Shown here: piece after piece, positions 37,617-54,800 of the stretch
Numbering within the stretch: the stretch's first letter is position 1
Layout of the letters: each line of letters begins with the position of its first letter
Origin: Hormiphora californensis
Lineage: Eukaryota > Animalia > Ctenophora
DNA length: 64,000 bases
Direction of reading: 5' to 3'
Assembly: GCA_020137815.1 (NCBI GenBank)
Contig: CM035362.1
Location: 3,038,001-3,102,000, forward strand
Notes under the pieces: generated by a model
What the model was told of the DNA's origin: nothing
Databases searched by the model: none
What the model saw: the letters and a program-made list of their open reading frames with translations, nothing else
Position numbers and translations under genes: made by a program

Positions 37617-38582
37617 TCAGGGTACAAGGGGGTTAGTTGGGGTACACGGGGGTCAGTTGGGGTACAAGGGGGTCAGTTGGGGTACACGGGGGTCAGTTGG
37701 GGTACAAGGGGGTCAGTTGGGGTACAAGGGGGTTAGTTGGGGTACAAGGGGGTCAGTTGGGGTACAAGGGGGGTCAGTTGGGGTACAAGGGGGAAAGTTG
37801 GGGTACAAGGGGGAAAGTTGGGGCACAAGGGGGAAAGTTGGGGTACAAGGGGGTCAGTTGGGGCACAAGGGGGTCAGTTGGGGTACAAGGGGGTCAGTTG
37901 GGGTACAAGGGGGTTAGTTGGGGTACAAGGGGGTCAGTTGGGGTACAAGGGGGTTAGTTGGGGCACAAGGGGGTCAGTTGGGGTACAAGGGGGTCAGCTG
38001 AGGTACAAGGGGGTCGGTTGGGGTACACGGGGGTCAGTTGGGGTACAAGGGGGTCAGTTGGGGTACAAGGGGGTCAGCTGAGGTACAAGGGGGTCAGTTG
38101 GGGTACAAGGGGGTCAGTTGGGGTACAAGGGGGTCAGTTGTGGCACAAGGGGGTCAGTTGGGGCACAAGGGGGAAAGTTGGGGTACAAGGGGGTCAGTTG
38201 GGGTACAAGGGGGCCAGTTGGGGTACAAGGGGGTCAGTTGGGGTACAAGGGGGTCAGTTGGGGTACAAGGGAGTCAGTTGGGGTACAAGGGGGTCAGTTG
38301 GGGTACAAGGGGGTTAGTTGGGGTACACGGGGGTCAGTTGGGGTACAAGTGGGTCAGTTGGGGTACAAGGGGGTCAGCTGGGGTGCAAGGGGGTCAGCTG
38401 AGGTACAAGGGGGGTCAGTTGGGGTACAAGGGGGTCAGTTGGGGTACAAGGGGGGTCAGTTGGGGTACAAGGGGGTCAGTTGGGGCACAAGGGGGTCAGT
38501 TGGGGTACAGGGGGGAAGTTGGGGTACAAGGGGGTTAGTTGTGGTACACGGGGGTCAGTTGAGGTACAAGGGGGTCAGGGGG
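37617..38582 (+). repeat. 20-bp G-rich minisatellite GGGGTACAAGGGGGTCAGTT, about 47 copies
   Basis: Visible directly. The ORFs across it are repeat translations. Confidence 0.95.
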
Positions 38583-39219
38583 TTCAGCACAGTATTATTG
38601 GGAAATTGAGATTCACAGCGGGTAGAGTCCCGTTTTGAACAAAGTGCACACCTGGAAAGGAGGGAGATAGAGAGTGAGAGAGATAGAGAGAATAAACAAG
38701 TGAGGTGTGCACCTGTTCTAGTTTAAAACAAATATCAAACGAAATGTCTTTTTTTTCAAAAATCAAGCGTATATCAAGACAGAAATTCTCAACGCAGATT
38801 GCTATGGCGTTCTTCTTCCTGTAGGTACCAATATACATTGTATTTCCAAAACAAATCATCCAAAATCCCATTATTTTCGCTTCCCTCAAACCACATAAAA
38901 CCAAAAAACTCTCTCATTTCATTTCTCTCTCGGGGGGCCGGCTAATTTTGCAAAAATAAATCCATACGCCATATCATATTCAAGCTATATCATACACACA
39001 AAAAGGGGGTTTATACTTTGTATACACGTGGTGAAATAACTCCTCTCCCGGAAATATAGGGGTTGGGAGATATGTCAATATATATGTTCAACACATACTT
39101 ATCATTCTCACTCTGTGTCAACTCCACACCACCTTCTTTCTCTCTATCTCTCTCTCTCTGTGTGTTCAACACACTACCATCGCACGAGTTCACTAAGTGT
39201 CAGTTCTAACGAGTCCCTT

Positions 39220-43416
<4,197 letters not shown>

Positions 43417-44501
43417 TTACTGGGGAAATTCTCTGATAGTTAGGACCGACGGATTTTGAAGTGAGACTGAGATAATAGGAATAACATAGTGATTTGGAAG
43501 CGCCACTGTCAGTGTGAGCTTCATTTCATGAAAATATGAAATCTGGAAGGAAAGGGAGGACACAAAACTAACAAACTTGACAGTGAAATATAAGATAAGG
43601 GATCTGAGACGGGGTGCTACCGATGACCTAATCCACATTAGGTAACCCCTAACGGGAAACCGAAATATGAACTGAGAAAGAACGATGTTCATTAACACAA
43701 CATGATTGATAGAGAAAAAAGAGAGAAAACAAGAACAAAAGTAACACGCAGATAAATACGTAATAATTCGAGAGAGGGGAAAGCAGAAAAGCGAGATGAG
43801 CAGAAACAAGTAGAAAGAAGGAGGAAGTGAAGCGACCATCTCTTGGATAACCTTGTACAAACACAGAGAGAAGAGGGGAAAGAGAATAGAGAAAAAGAAA
43901 GGGATAGGAGAGATAGAAGGGAGAGGGAAAAAGAGAGTGGAAGTGAGAGAGAGATAGAGGGGGAGAGAGGATTGAAGATAGAGAGATAGAAGAGAAGAGA
44001 CATCATGTCGGTTCTATTTAAAGTAATAAATGATAAAAGTGAAAGAAGAGACGATCAAGTGACAGTGAACAAAATGAATATTTTACATCAACAGATGGCT
44101 GATCTTACTAGAAACACGACCTAACAAAACATCTGACTAGAAACATGAACTACAAACAATTTCTTAGAAACACGAACCGAATGCGAGAAAAATGGGACAA
44201 AAAGAACAAGAGACAGTGACCAGAGTGTGACTTGGTATGCACGTGAGATAGATCGAATTTCAGTGTCGTTGTATCAGCAAGAGGACAATGGGTGTGGACT
44301 GGAGAGAACAACGAGGGAAGGGGGTAATATCGAGAAAATGAAACGTCATATTTCACCCAAATTGACCAATAAACTTTACAATGAAACGTAACAGATTGAA
44401 ATCGTCACATAACTCGAACTGACTCGCGCTTGCACGTAATATGTTGTGTATGATATTAATATGTGTAAAACTCGAAATAAAAAGTCCGATTTTTAGTTCA
44501 T

Positions 44502-45056
44502 TTAGTTGCTTCCAGTGGACAGGAAGGCGACGATGCACGCCGATGTGACACTCGATCCCAAGTAGTTAGCTCCGGAACTGAAATTCTTCAGAACGTAGAA
44601 AGACAGGATAATAACGAGGAAAAGGAAAAGGGCGTTGTTGTAAAAGATTGAGAAGTGAGTGGCCTCCAGGTCAGCTACTTCGGTCTTCTTGAAGAGGACC
44701 CTGTCATCCTTCTCCTTTTTCACGGTCTTCTTCATATCACTGCTAGCATCAGCAACCTGCTGCATGACCTCGGCGGTAACTCCGGCGTGCCTCTTTTGGG
44801 CAATCTTATGTTTCAGGGAGTATTTCACATTCTTGTACGCCAGGGACATGAGGAAAGTGGAAATAAGGGTAACGATGGCGAACATGATTCCATAAGTGTC
44901 CAGCTCGAGCTGTTGAATCCTCCAGAACAACCAGATGGGAGTGGCGGAGACGAACAGGGCGTTCAGGTGGAACAAGATGGAAGTGCTCCTGGGGACGCTC
45001 TTGGAGAAATCGTTCAGAAGAACCTCCTCCTCTGCTGTAAGCTTTTGGCTGGACAT
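44502..45056 (-). CDS. SSR3: Translocon-associated protein subunit gamma (TRAP-gamma), 184 aa, single exon
   Basis: EEEVLLNDFS...NALFVSATPIWLFWRI...AYKNVKYSLKHKIAQKR...EVADLEATHFSIFYNNALFL...LST match the TRAP-gamma pattern. Confidence 0.95.
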   Translation of the reverse strand: MSSQKLTAEEEVLLNDFSKSVPRSTSILFHLNALFVSATPIWLFWRIQQLELDTYGIMFAIVTLISTFLMSLAYKNVKYSLKHKIAQKRHAGVTAEVMQQVADASSDMKKTVKKEKDDRVLFKKTEVADLEATHFSIFYNNALFLFLVIILSFYVLKNFSSGANYLGSSVTSACIVAFLSTGSN

Positions 45057-45184
45057 TCTGACGGTCGTACGGGGTTCTGGTAGATCGAAACGGAGTTTGT
45101 GAGGATTTTGAAAACACTGAAAGTTTTGGGCGAAAACAGCGTTTTGTGAAACGTGAAAAACGAAATTTTTTTGAAAATTTTAGA

Positions 45185-45295
45185 TCCGCGCGCGCGTGCG
45201 CGCACAACGTTTTGTTGCGTAGTCCAACGTTCTACGCGCGTTACATTATTTACGGCGCCGCGCAGTCACACTCGCGAAAATCGACTCGAAAATAT
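45185..45295. promoter_or_regulatory. CGCG-rich putative bidirectional promoter between SSR3 (-) and the large orphan gene (+)
   Basis: gcgcgcgcgtgcgcgc...tacgcgcgttacatt...gcgcagt...tcgcga flanked by A/T tracts; resembles 8040-8200. Confidence 0.45.
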
Positions 45296-45801
45296 ATTTT
45301 TCCTTTCCGTTTCCTGTTTTCATTTTTTTCAAAACCGTTAAAGAAATCGCTGCATGTTTTAAAATAATATAAAATATGCCAAGAAATTCGTTTCACTGCC
45401 AAGTTCTCCCAAATCTCTGTACATATGTCTTATTTGGTGCCGCTGACCCGACGGCCGACCTGAGTGCACTGTAGCACGCTCAGATTAGAAAGTTTTACTA
45501 TTTTGAGAATAAAAACGGGGTCTGGCTCTTATCCGATAGACAGCTGTCCATACAAGAGTCAAGACAGTGGACCACTGACAGTGGTGAAGCTAGGCTCCAA
45601 AAATTTGGGCTTGTTTGACTGATTGGCCGTCTGTGTCGTCGTCAAAAAATGTTCACGTGTTGTAGCCAGTACTGCAGACACCAGCTGCAACCTAAATGCA
45701 TCTTGTTACATATTACTCCAGGAAGATACATGCCGCAATACTCACCCACCCCCTCTCGCTTCTCCCTCTCCCTTTGTTGCTTGTGTGTATGTTTGTGTGA
45801 T

Positions 45802-48800
45802 ATGGCATCTCAACATGTATGGAACCCCTATTGGCACAACTACCCCAAAGTTTCCAATCAGCGCTACACTAAATCCGTCACTTTTGATCCGGTTCCTAAT
45901 TCTGCTTCTCCTGCTGCGAGATCCACTCCAGGGAAGCCAAGGATGTCCAAGATCCCCGTGAGGAAATCAGCTCTAAAGAAAAGCGCTTCCTTTTGTGGAC
46001 CTATTCCGCCAAAAAAGGTGGAAGAAACGCCAACACCGAAGGATCCGCGGAAGCGAAGATCACAAGTGCTTCATTCACCAAGCCGGAATCTTCGTCCAAA
46101 AACTCTATTCCCCGGGATTAAGACGTCACCGAGGAAGATATCCCTTTGCACCGCGACACCTAATCTCCGTAAATCGAAATCAATGCCGGTGATTAATGAA
46201 GTCTCACGTCGTGGTGATAACGTTCTGAAGCGTTCAAGTTGCTCTAAATCTCGGGAAAGTATTCAGAACCTTGATTGCTGTGCCCACAATGTGTGTTGTG
46301 CAGCTCACAAGAACCCCAAGTGTACCCGGTACATGAGTCAAACACGATCATCATCAGCAAAAGTGGCGAGAGTGGTAAAGGAACCTCGATCAAGAAGTAG
46401 AATCTCACAAATTCCCCGACGAACAATATCCAGTGAGACGCTAAGCTCCATGTCACAATGCTCGGTCGGGGGTAGGAGAGCAACAACAAGCCCTGATGGG
46501 AGTGATACAAACTACTTCCGGATAAATATCAGTGGAAATGAAGGGCAGAATCAGTGGACGACTAAACAACAGGTATCACCTGCTTCTGTTGCTGTGTATG
46601 ACAATTACAAAGCGGCTGGGTATCCTGTCTACGAAGCGACACCAGTTGATGATCATGTTTACACAGTACAGAGTCGTGATAAACAGGAGTATTCTTCAGC
46701 CAATACCAAATGGAATAACAATGATATGCAACAGAACCTTGTTGGGGATGCTGGCACATTCCCGATAACCCTCCCTCCAGTTGTAACATCAGAAGGTTCA
46801 GAACAAGAACACATCAAACAACATAACGATCAGGCAGCAGCAGATGTTTCAACTTGTGGTGATTGCCGGCAGTCAGTCAATTGCCAACTCCACAACCCAT
46901 ACGCCTGTCATCCATACCGAATCCAGCTGACAGAGGACATGATAAAGGCACTCGGGCAGAAGATGAGCGAAACTGTTGGTCACCATGCCAAGGAAAGGGA
47001 ACATAGCAGAGGAGGAGATTGTAGAGAACAAAGCAGTTCTAGAAGAGGAGATTATTCTACCACAGAAAAGAAAAGGGAGCAGAGCAGTTCTAGAAGAGGA
47101 GATTATACTTCCAATGGTCACCATGGTGACCAGGAAACCACTCAATATCATAGAAGTTGGAAGGAACGAAACGCTGCTGATGTGCATCACCGTGGACGTT
47201 CTGTGTCTTCTAAAGAAAGCCGTACAGGATTTGTGAGTTACGATCAACAGCACTATCAAACAAATCAGCAAGCTGGAATAGATTATGATAACTCCACTGA
47301 TCAACCAGACTATAGCGTTGGTGATATGTATAGAGCTGCTGGGTACCAACACCAATCATCTCATACCGTGGGTGGTGGAACCTCAGTGGGTAATCTGCCA
47401 GAACAACCCGGATCTGAGTATCATCATTTTAGTGGTTCGAGTTACTACAATTCGTATAGTCATCAACAGGAAAGGTACTCAACATGTCCTCAAGACGCAA
47501 TCAAACAACTTTCAGAGGATCAAGATGGAAGTCACAATAGGAACTTGGGTCGTAAGGAAATTGGAAACTCTCAAATTGAGGAGCATTCAAAACCAACTCA
47601 TCACAGTAGTATTATTGATCAGCCGCAAGATCATAGCTATGACGCTGTCAACTCACATGACTATAGATATAGCGCCGCTCCCTCGCAAGACCATAGCTAT
47701 AGCGCCGTTCACTCCCAAGACCATAGCTATAACGCCGCTCCCTCGCAAGACTATAGCTATAATGACGCCATCAACTCCCAAGACGTCCAATCCGGCATGA
47801 AACCCCGTGAAACATTTCCTTCGACTAACACGGAAACAACGTACTGTGAAGACTGTACCTTGTCGACCAGTCTCCACCGACAGCCCTCCACCACCATGGA
47901 GCGACCTGAGTCGGTGCAACGGATGGTCCAGGATTTAGGAGCCAGTTTGGGCAGATCACTAGGCACTGTTGCAGGACAGGGCACTCCTCACTGGTATACC
48001 TTCACAGCTGACACTGTTAAACATGCCCCCAGCTATAATTCACAGGGTATAATACCAGAGCTGCAGCAGGGGTCAAACACAACTTCCTCTTACTCGACAA
48101 AAAGTACCTCTGATAGGACTCAGAAGAAGAGAACGTCTAGTACTGTATCTGATACAAACAAGACGGCCCAAACTGAATCTACAAATAATACGACTACAAC
48201 AGTCCAAACCAAATCTACAGATAACACAAGAACAAGAACATCCCAGACCCAATCTACAGACAACACAAGAACAAGAACAGCTCATACCCAATCTACTGAC
48301 AATAAGACGAGAACAAGGGCTACTTCAACGACATCCATCAAGACAAAATCAGCCTCCACAAGTCCGACTGTGCCAGAAGAATCCGGGAAGACTCTTCTTT
48401 CTTCCACAGCCTCTCTGACTGCTGATACGGACGATTTACTGACGCGACAGTTGACTAAACGTAGCACGTCTACTGAGAAACAGTCAAACAGCCGTATCAG
48501 TAAAAGGAGTGAAAAGCAAAGCTCCATTTGGAGTGAAAAGAACAGCTCCAATTGGAGTGAAAAGGACAACTCAAAATGGAGTGAAAAGGACAACTCAAAA
48601 TGGAGTGGAAAGGACAACTCAAAATGGAGTGAAAAGGACAACTCAAAATGGAGTGAAAAGGACAACTCAAAATGGAGTGAAAAGGACAGCACTGATGAGT
48701 TGATAACACGCCACCTCTCTAAACACAGCCCATCTAAGTCACAGAGTTCGTTACCCCAGCAACCATCTCAGTCACAGAGCTCGTTACCCCAGCAACCATC

Positions 48801-51800
48801 TCAGAGCTCATTACCCCAGCAACAAAGCCTGTGTTGTGGGGAGGACCACGGACCCCGTAGTTGGTGCTCAGTGCAAACCACTGATAAAACTAAACCATCC
48901 AGTACTACAAGGTTGTCACAACCATCCAGTAATACAAGGTTGTCACAACCATCATCCGCCAGCGGAACTTCCTCCTCATCCCTGTCGAAAACATCAAAAA
49001 CAACATCTAGCAGCTCTGGAAAAACATCTAGCAGCTCTTCAACTAGCACGGCTACCACGCCTGATAGCAGTAGCAAAGCCCCCTCAAGTAGTAAGGGCCC
49101 CTCAAGTAGCAAAGCACCCTCTCGGTCAACTAGTCGGAGGTCAGTGGAAGATGAGATTAATGATGCTGTGATCCAGTCTCTAAGACAGATAACAGAGCAG
49201 TCTTTCTCTACGTCGAGCAAGACATCAGAGAAGGAGAGGATGATGCTAACATCAAAATCGGGCGAGAAAAATCTACAGCCGTTACCCCGGCAACACCCGT
49301 TACCCCAGCAACAACCGTTACCCCAGCAACAACCATTACCTCAGCAACAACCGTTACCCCAGCAACAACCGTTACCACAGCAACAACCGTTACCACAGCA
49401 ACAACCGTTACCACAGCAACAACCGTTACCTCAGCAACAACCGTTACCTCAGCAACAACCGTTACCTCAGCAACAACCGTTACCCCAGCAACAACCGTTA
49501 TCCCAGCAACAACCGTTACCCCAGCAACAACCGTTACCACATCAACAACCTTTACCACATCAACAACCGTTACCTCAGCAACAACCACAGCAACCATCCC
49601 AAATGCTTTTTCAGCAAATGCAGCAGCCGCCAATATGTCCTCCACAGTTCATGTCTACTCAGCAGTTCTGGGAGTACAACCACTGGTACCAACAGTGGAT
49701 TTTGTCACAACAACAGCTGCAGCATCATCAAAATCAGATAAATCCACAATTTTATCAAAACCAACATCAACCTCAAATGAAATCCCAGACTGATTCCATT
49801 CCACACCAACCTCAAATGGGATCCCAGACGGATCCCAATCCACACCAACCTCAAATAGACTCCCAGACGGATCCCAATCCACGGGATAATAAAAAGTCTC
49901 AGAGATCTACGACCCCTAACTACCCTCCTCCTCCTCCAACTAAAAGGTCGACAACACCTATACTTCCACCTCCCTCCAAAGAAACTGAGCCTTCTGTTGC
50001 AGTAGCATCATACAAATCTCCTGTCCAATCAGGAACCATTTCAACCTCCAGAAAAGTGTCTACTGAAAAAAGCTCTAAATCCAAGTCAGCTGAGATCCCG
50101 GCCGGGTTTGCTAACAAGAACGGTTGTTTAAAACGAAGCTCATCACAATCTTGGAAAGATAAATCCAGCTCTAAACAAGACATCTCCGCACGTGGAAGCA
50201 ACATAACTGCCACGTGTCCGATGTGTATAATCCCCAGTTCTGCTGCAGAGGGAGAGATCAGATATTGTCCACAATGTATACCATCACCCAAGCAACATGC
50301 CGCTCAAAAACCTGAATCACCTGCTCCTTCATCAACATCTTCATCATTGTCTCCGTCGGAAGTAACTTCCTCTTCCACGACCTCCTCCTCCTCTTCTGGG
50401 GTCAAATCTGGAAGAAGATCATCAGTTTCTGAGATTGTCGAGGAGTTTGAAAATCTGTCCGAGGTAACAAAGAAGGGCAGTTTTGGTTGTTTTGATATTT
50501 GAATACCTTACTCTCGTTAATTAAGCTCGCATATTTCAAGAAACTTTTAAATAAGAAACTTTTTTTCTAGGAAACTACAGGTGTAAGCAATCCAAAAACA
50601 AAAAGAATTTCTCCTTTATCAAGAAACTAAACAAGTTAGGGGTGTTCTATTTTGTTGTGGTGTCTCTGAATTGTGTGATTTACATTTGAAAAGTTTCTTA
50701 TAAAAAAGTTTCTTACTAAAGCGTTTCTTAAAAAACGAGAGTAAGGTATATTTCGATCCCTTAAAAATTAAACTCCAATTTTTCCTTTCACAGCGGTTCA
50801 AGAATCTGAGCACAAGGCGTCCTGGAAGGAGGTCAGTTTCACCATTCACCCGCTCCACTTCAGCTGCTTCCTCTACACGCACTGATTCAGATGTTATGCG
50901 TTCCATTGGGAGCTTGAAGGAGGCAATAGGCAACTCGTGCTCCAGGTTAGTAGTGATAAGTGGGAGCTGTATTGACTGCTATACAGGAACCGACCGAAAC
51001 AAGTAAACAACCAATCAGAACTCGTTATTTAGATCACGTGACTGGTTATCAGCCAATCAGGGACCAGTATTTCCTGATTCGGTCGGTTCCTGCTGCTGAA
51101 CATCTTAACCCTTTGAGGACCATAACGATTGGCCGAACAGAATTTTCTAATTTTTTGTGGAGAAGGTCAGGAGAATAGTCTAAGATTATACGAAAAGGGT
51201 TTACTGAAATCGGGTTTTTACTTTTTGTGTTATGACATGGGTCATATATGACCCAGTGGTACTTATATGGTACAAAAAGGTTAGAGACGTCCTGTGTGAG
51301 CTATACTGTTATCAGGGACATAAAAACCGGCTCATTGGTGTACTAGAGGCATGACTAAACTGTTACAACCGGAATATTACGTCTCAGACGGTTTTTTACC
51401 TGATTTGGGTCATATATGACCCAGTGGGCCGTTTGGGAAAATTTCAATGATATTGCCGAAAACTAATGAGTTTCGCTATTTCAACACAAAATAAGCATTT
51501 GAAAGTTATTAATATGCTATATAATGATTGTTTAACCATTCAAATTAGATATTATGGGAATATTTACTAGATTTGGGTCATATATGACCCAGTGGGTCGT
51601 ATAGGAAAAAATCATACTTCGAATTCAAAAACTCAAATTTCAATCCTTATTTGATGTACAACCAATTACTCGTATCAATACAAATCCAATCAATAATAGT
51701 CCAATCATTCTAACTGATGGTGATGATAAAAACAGTTTCGCTTTTGAGTCAGACAGAACCCCTCCCTTTACAACCACTAGCCGAACAACCAATATAGGTT

Positions 51801-54800
51801 TTCTTGTCCGATTTGCAAACATTACACTTACGCCTCTGATCGACGTAAACTGGAAGATGGCTCCCAGAAAGAACTGGAGCAGATGATCCGTCTTTCTTAA
51901 CCTGTTGCAATGGGAATGCCCGTTCTATACAACTAAAGTCCTCAACTATACCTCTACAAACTGCCAAACGAAACTCTTTCGAAGTTTCAGTTTTGTTCGG
52001 ATGGATGGCCTGGTAAGCTATTCGTGAGTTCATGAGTGATTGATCCATAATATTAAACACTAGTCTGAGATAGTACCTGTGTTTCGACCTCCTATCAGTT
52101 CCACAAGTAATAGACAGTCTGTCGTGCAAGTCGACTCCCCCATTATATAGGCATTGTAGGACTTGATCACTTCTGGGCATGGAAAGGACGTCTTTGTTGC
52201 CTTCCCCTTCACTCTTCTCAGGACTGTTTCGACTTTTTCACAGCTATTGGCGCTTGTAATGACATGAACAGGCTTATTGTCGATCCATTTTACCACGTTT
52301 GTTGCCGTAGATGCTACTGCAGATGCGGCAGGTGACCGGAATATCTTCATCTCTCCACGTGACATGTCCTTATCTGCAGGAAACGATGGCATTCCTTTTC
52401 GACCTGCTGAAACTACCCCGGTATAATAGATACCATTCTCGAGAAGATGCAAGAGTAAAAATGGTTGCCTTTATCAAGTTGCCTTATACACGGGACGGAA
52501 AGAATCACCTGAGCTGGGGCTAGGCGAATCTGTTGTTGTTAGTCTCACAGAATCTCTGTAGGACACCTGGGTCAACGTGTACGCCGACAACTACTTCTCA
52601 ACCCCCGCCCTAGTCCTCAATCTTCTCGAGAATGGTATCTATTATACCGGGGTAGTTTCAGCAGGTCGAAAAGGAGCCATCGTTTCCTGCAGATAAGGAC
52701 ATGTCACGTGGAAAGATGAAGATATTCCGGTCACCTACCGCATCTGCAGTAGCATCTACGACAATAAACGTGGTAAAATGGATCGACAACAAGGCTGTTC
52801 ATGTCATTACAAGCGCCAATAGCTGGGAAAAGTCGAAACAGTCCAGAGAAGAGTGAAGGGGAAGGCAACAAAGTCGTCCTTTCCATGCCCAGAAGTGATC
52901 AAGTCCTACAATGCCTATATGGGGGAGTTGACTTGCACGACAGACTGTCTATTACTTGCGGAACTAATAGGAGGTCGAAACACATGTACTATCTCAGACT
53001 AGTGTTTAATATTATGGATCAATCACTCATAAACTCACGAATAGCTTACCAGGCCATCCATCCAAACAAAACTGAAACTTCGAAAGAGTGGTTGTAAAGG
53101 GAGGGGGTTCTGTCTGACTGTTAGAATGATTGGACTATTATTGATTGGATTTGTATTGATACGAGTAATTGGTTGTATGTACATCAAATAAAGACTGAAA
53201 TTTGAGTTTTTGAATCCGAAGTATGATTTTTTCCTATACGACCCACTGGGTCATATATGACCCAAATCTAGTAAATATTCCCATAATATCTAATTTGAAT
53301 GGTTAAACAATCATTATATAGCATATTAATAACTTTCAAATGCTTATTTTGTGTTGAAATAGCGAAACTCATTAGTTTTCGGCAATATCATTGAAATTTT
53401 CCCAAACGGCCCACTGGGTCATATATGACCCAAATCAGGTAAAAAACCGTCTGAGACGTAATATTCCGGTTGTAACAGTTTAGTCATGCCTCTAGTACAC
53501 CAATGAGCCGGTTTTTATGTCCCTGATAACAGTATAGCTCACACAGGACGTCTCTAACCTTTTTGTACCATATAAGTACCACTGGGTCATATATGACCCA
53601 ATTTTTGAAATCGCTATAGCTCAGTCAATTTTTAATATTTTTTGATGCGGCTTTTTTCTTGCAGTTGTAGTTGGTCTTCTTCTAAAGTGTTTAAAATTAT
53701 AGAAAATTCGTAGGAGGCGTTTAGAAATGGCATCAAAAGTTAAAAAATGACCAAAATGAACATCATTTGGACCCAATTATCTAAGCCTTAACATCAATGA
53801 TTGCGCATGAAACTTGGATTTTTAGGTAGAGAAATGTCTAAACTATGATTTAGGCTTTAGTTTGGGCTCAAAAGTTAATCCTGAAGCTAAGAAATCAGTC
53901 TTTAGTGCAATGGGTCATATATGGCCTGTGGTCCTCAAAGGGTTAACACTATCCTACTAGTCTCTAATGCGCTAGCTCTGGCAATACAATTAATACGTTG
54001 AATTACAATAGATCACGCAATGTTGAATTACTCCTCAGTATAATTGAAGAGGATCCCTTTATTGAGGACGATTACATTAGCTATGATGAAAACACTACCA
54101 GCTCCAACAGCAACCAGGTAATGCTCTAGTTCCTATAGCAACCAGGTAATGCTCTAGTTCCTATAGCAACCAGGTGAGTTCCTAGAAACACTACCAGCTC
54201 CAACAGCAATCAGGTGAGTTCCTAGAAACACTACCAGCTCCAACAGCAACCAGGTGAGTTTCTAGTTCCTATAGCAACCAGGTGAGTTCCTAGAAATACT
54301 ACCAGCTCCAACAGCAACCAGGTGAGTTCCTAGTTCCTATAGCAACCAGGTGAGTTCCTAGAAACAAAACCCCAAACTTATTCAAAGAAATAGTGTCACT
54401 TCCTAGACCCTAGTGCCACTCCCTAGACCCTATAATACAGAGTGAGCCAGGCCATTCAGGTATGAATGCATCAATTAGTTTCAATCCTATATTGAGTTGA
54501 ATTACAGTAAACAATTGTTAATAAAACATATCTTCTTCCCTTCCCCAGGACGATCGATTTGCTACACCGCTTCTTGATGAGATTGAAGTACGGACCCGTC
54601 CAAATCCAGAGCAACCTCTCTCTACCATCCATTCTGTCCCTGGTTCACCCCGCAATACCACCGGGTCTCCCCAGCAACCCCTTCGCAATACCACCGGGTC
54701 ACCCCAGCAACCCCTTCGCTCGATACTAAAATCGGCAGATTACCGGGTGCTAAATGGAACCCGCTCACCCTCAAACCCCCTGAAAATGGACCGTGGTGAC

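Noticed and set aside
37606-38609. Gly-rich GVQGGQLGYKG ORFs resembling a structural protein
   Set aside because: The 20-bp unit is not a multiple of 3 and all frames are equivalent. There is no ATG start or signal peptide.
50464-50502. C-terminal CFDI as a CaaX prenylation signal
   Set aside because: Asp at a2 fits poorly, and a donor at 50464 splices in frame to further exons, so this is probably intron sequence.
51749-53097. Domesticated or active piggyBac transposase gene
   Set aside because: Only the 3' half is present, with a stop codon and frameshifts in the copies.
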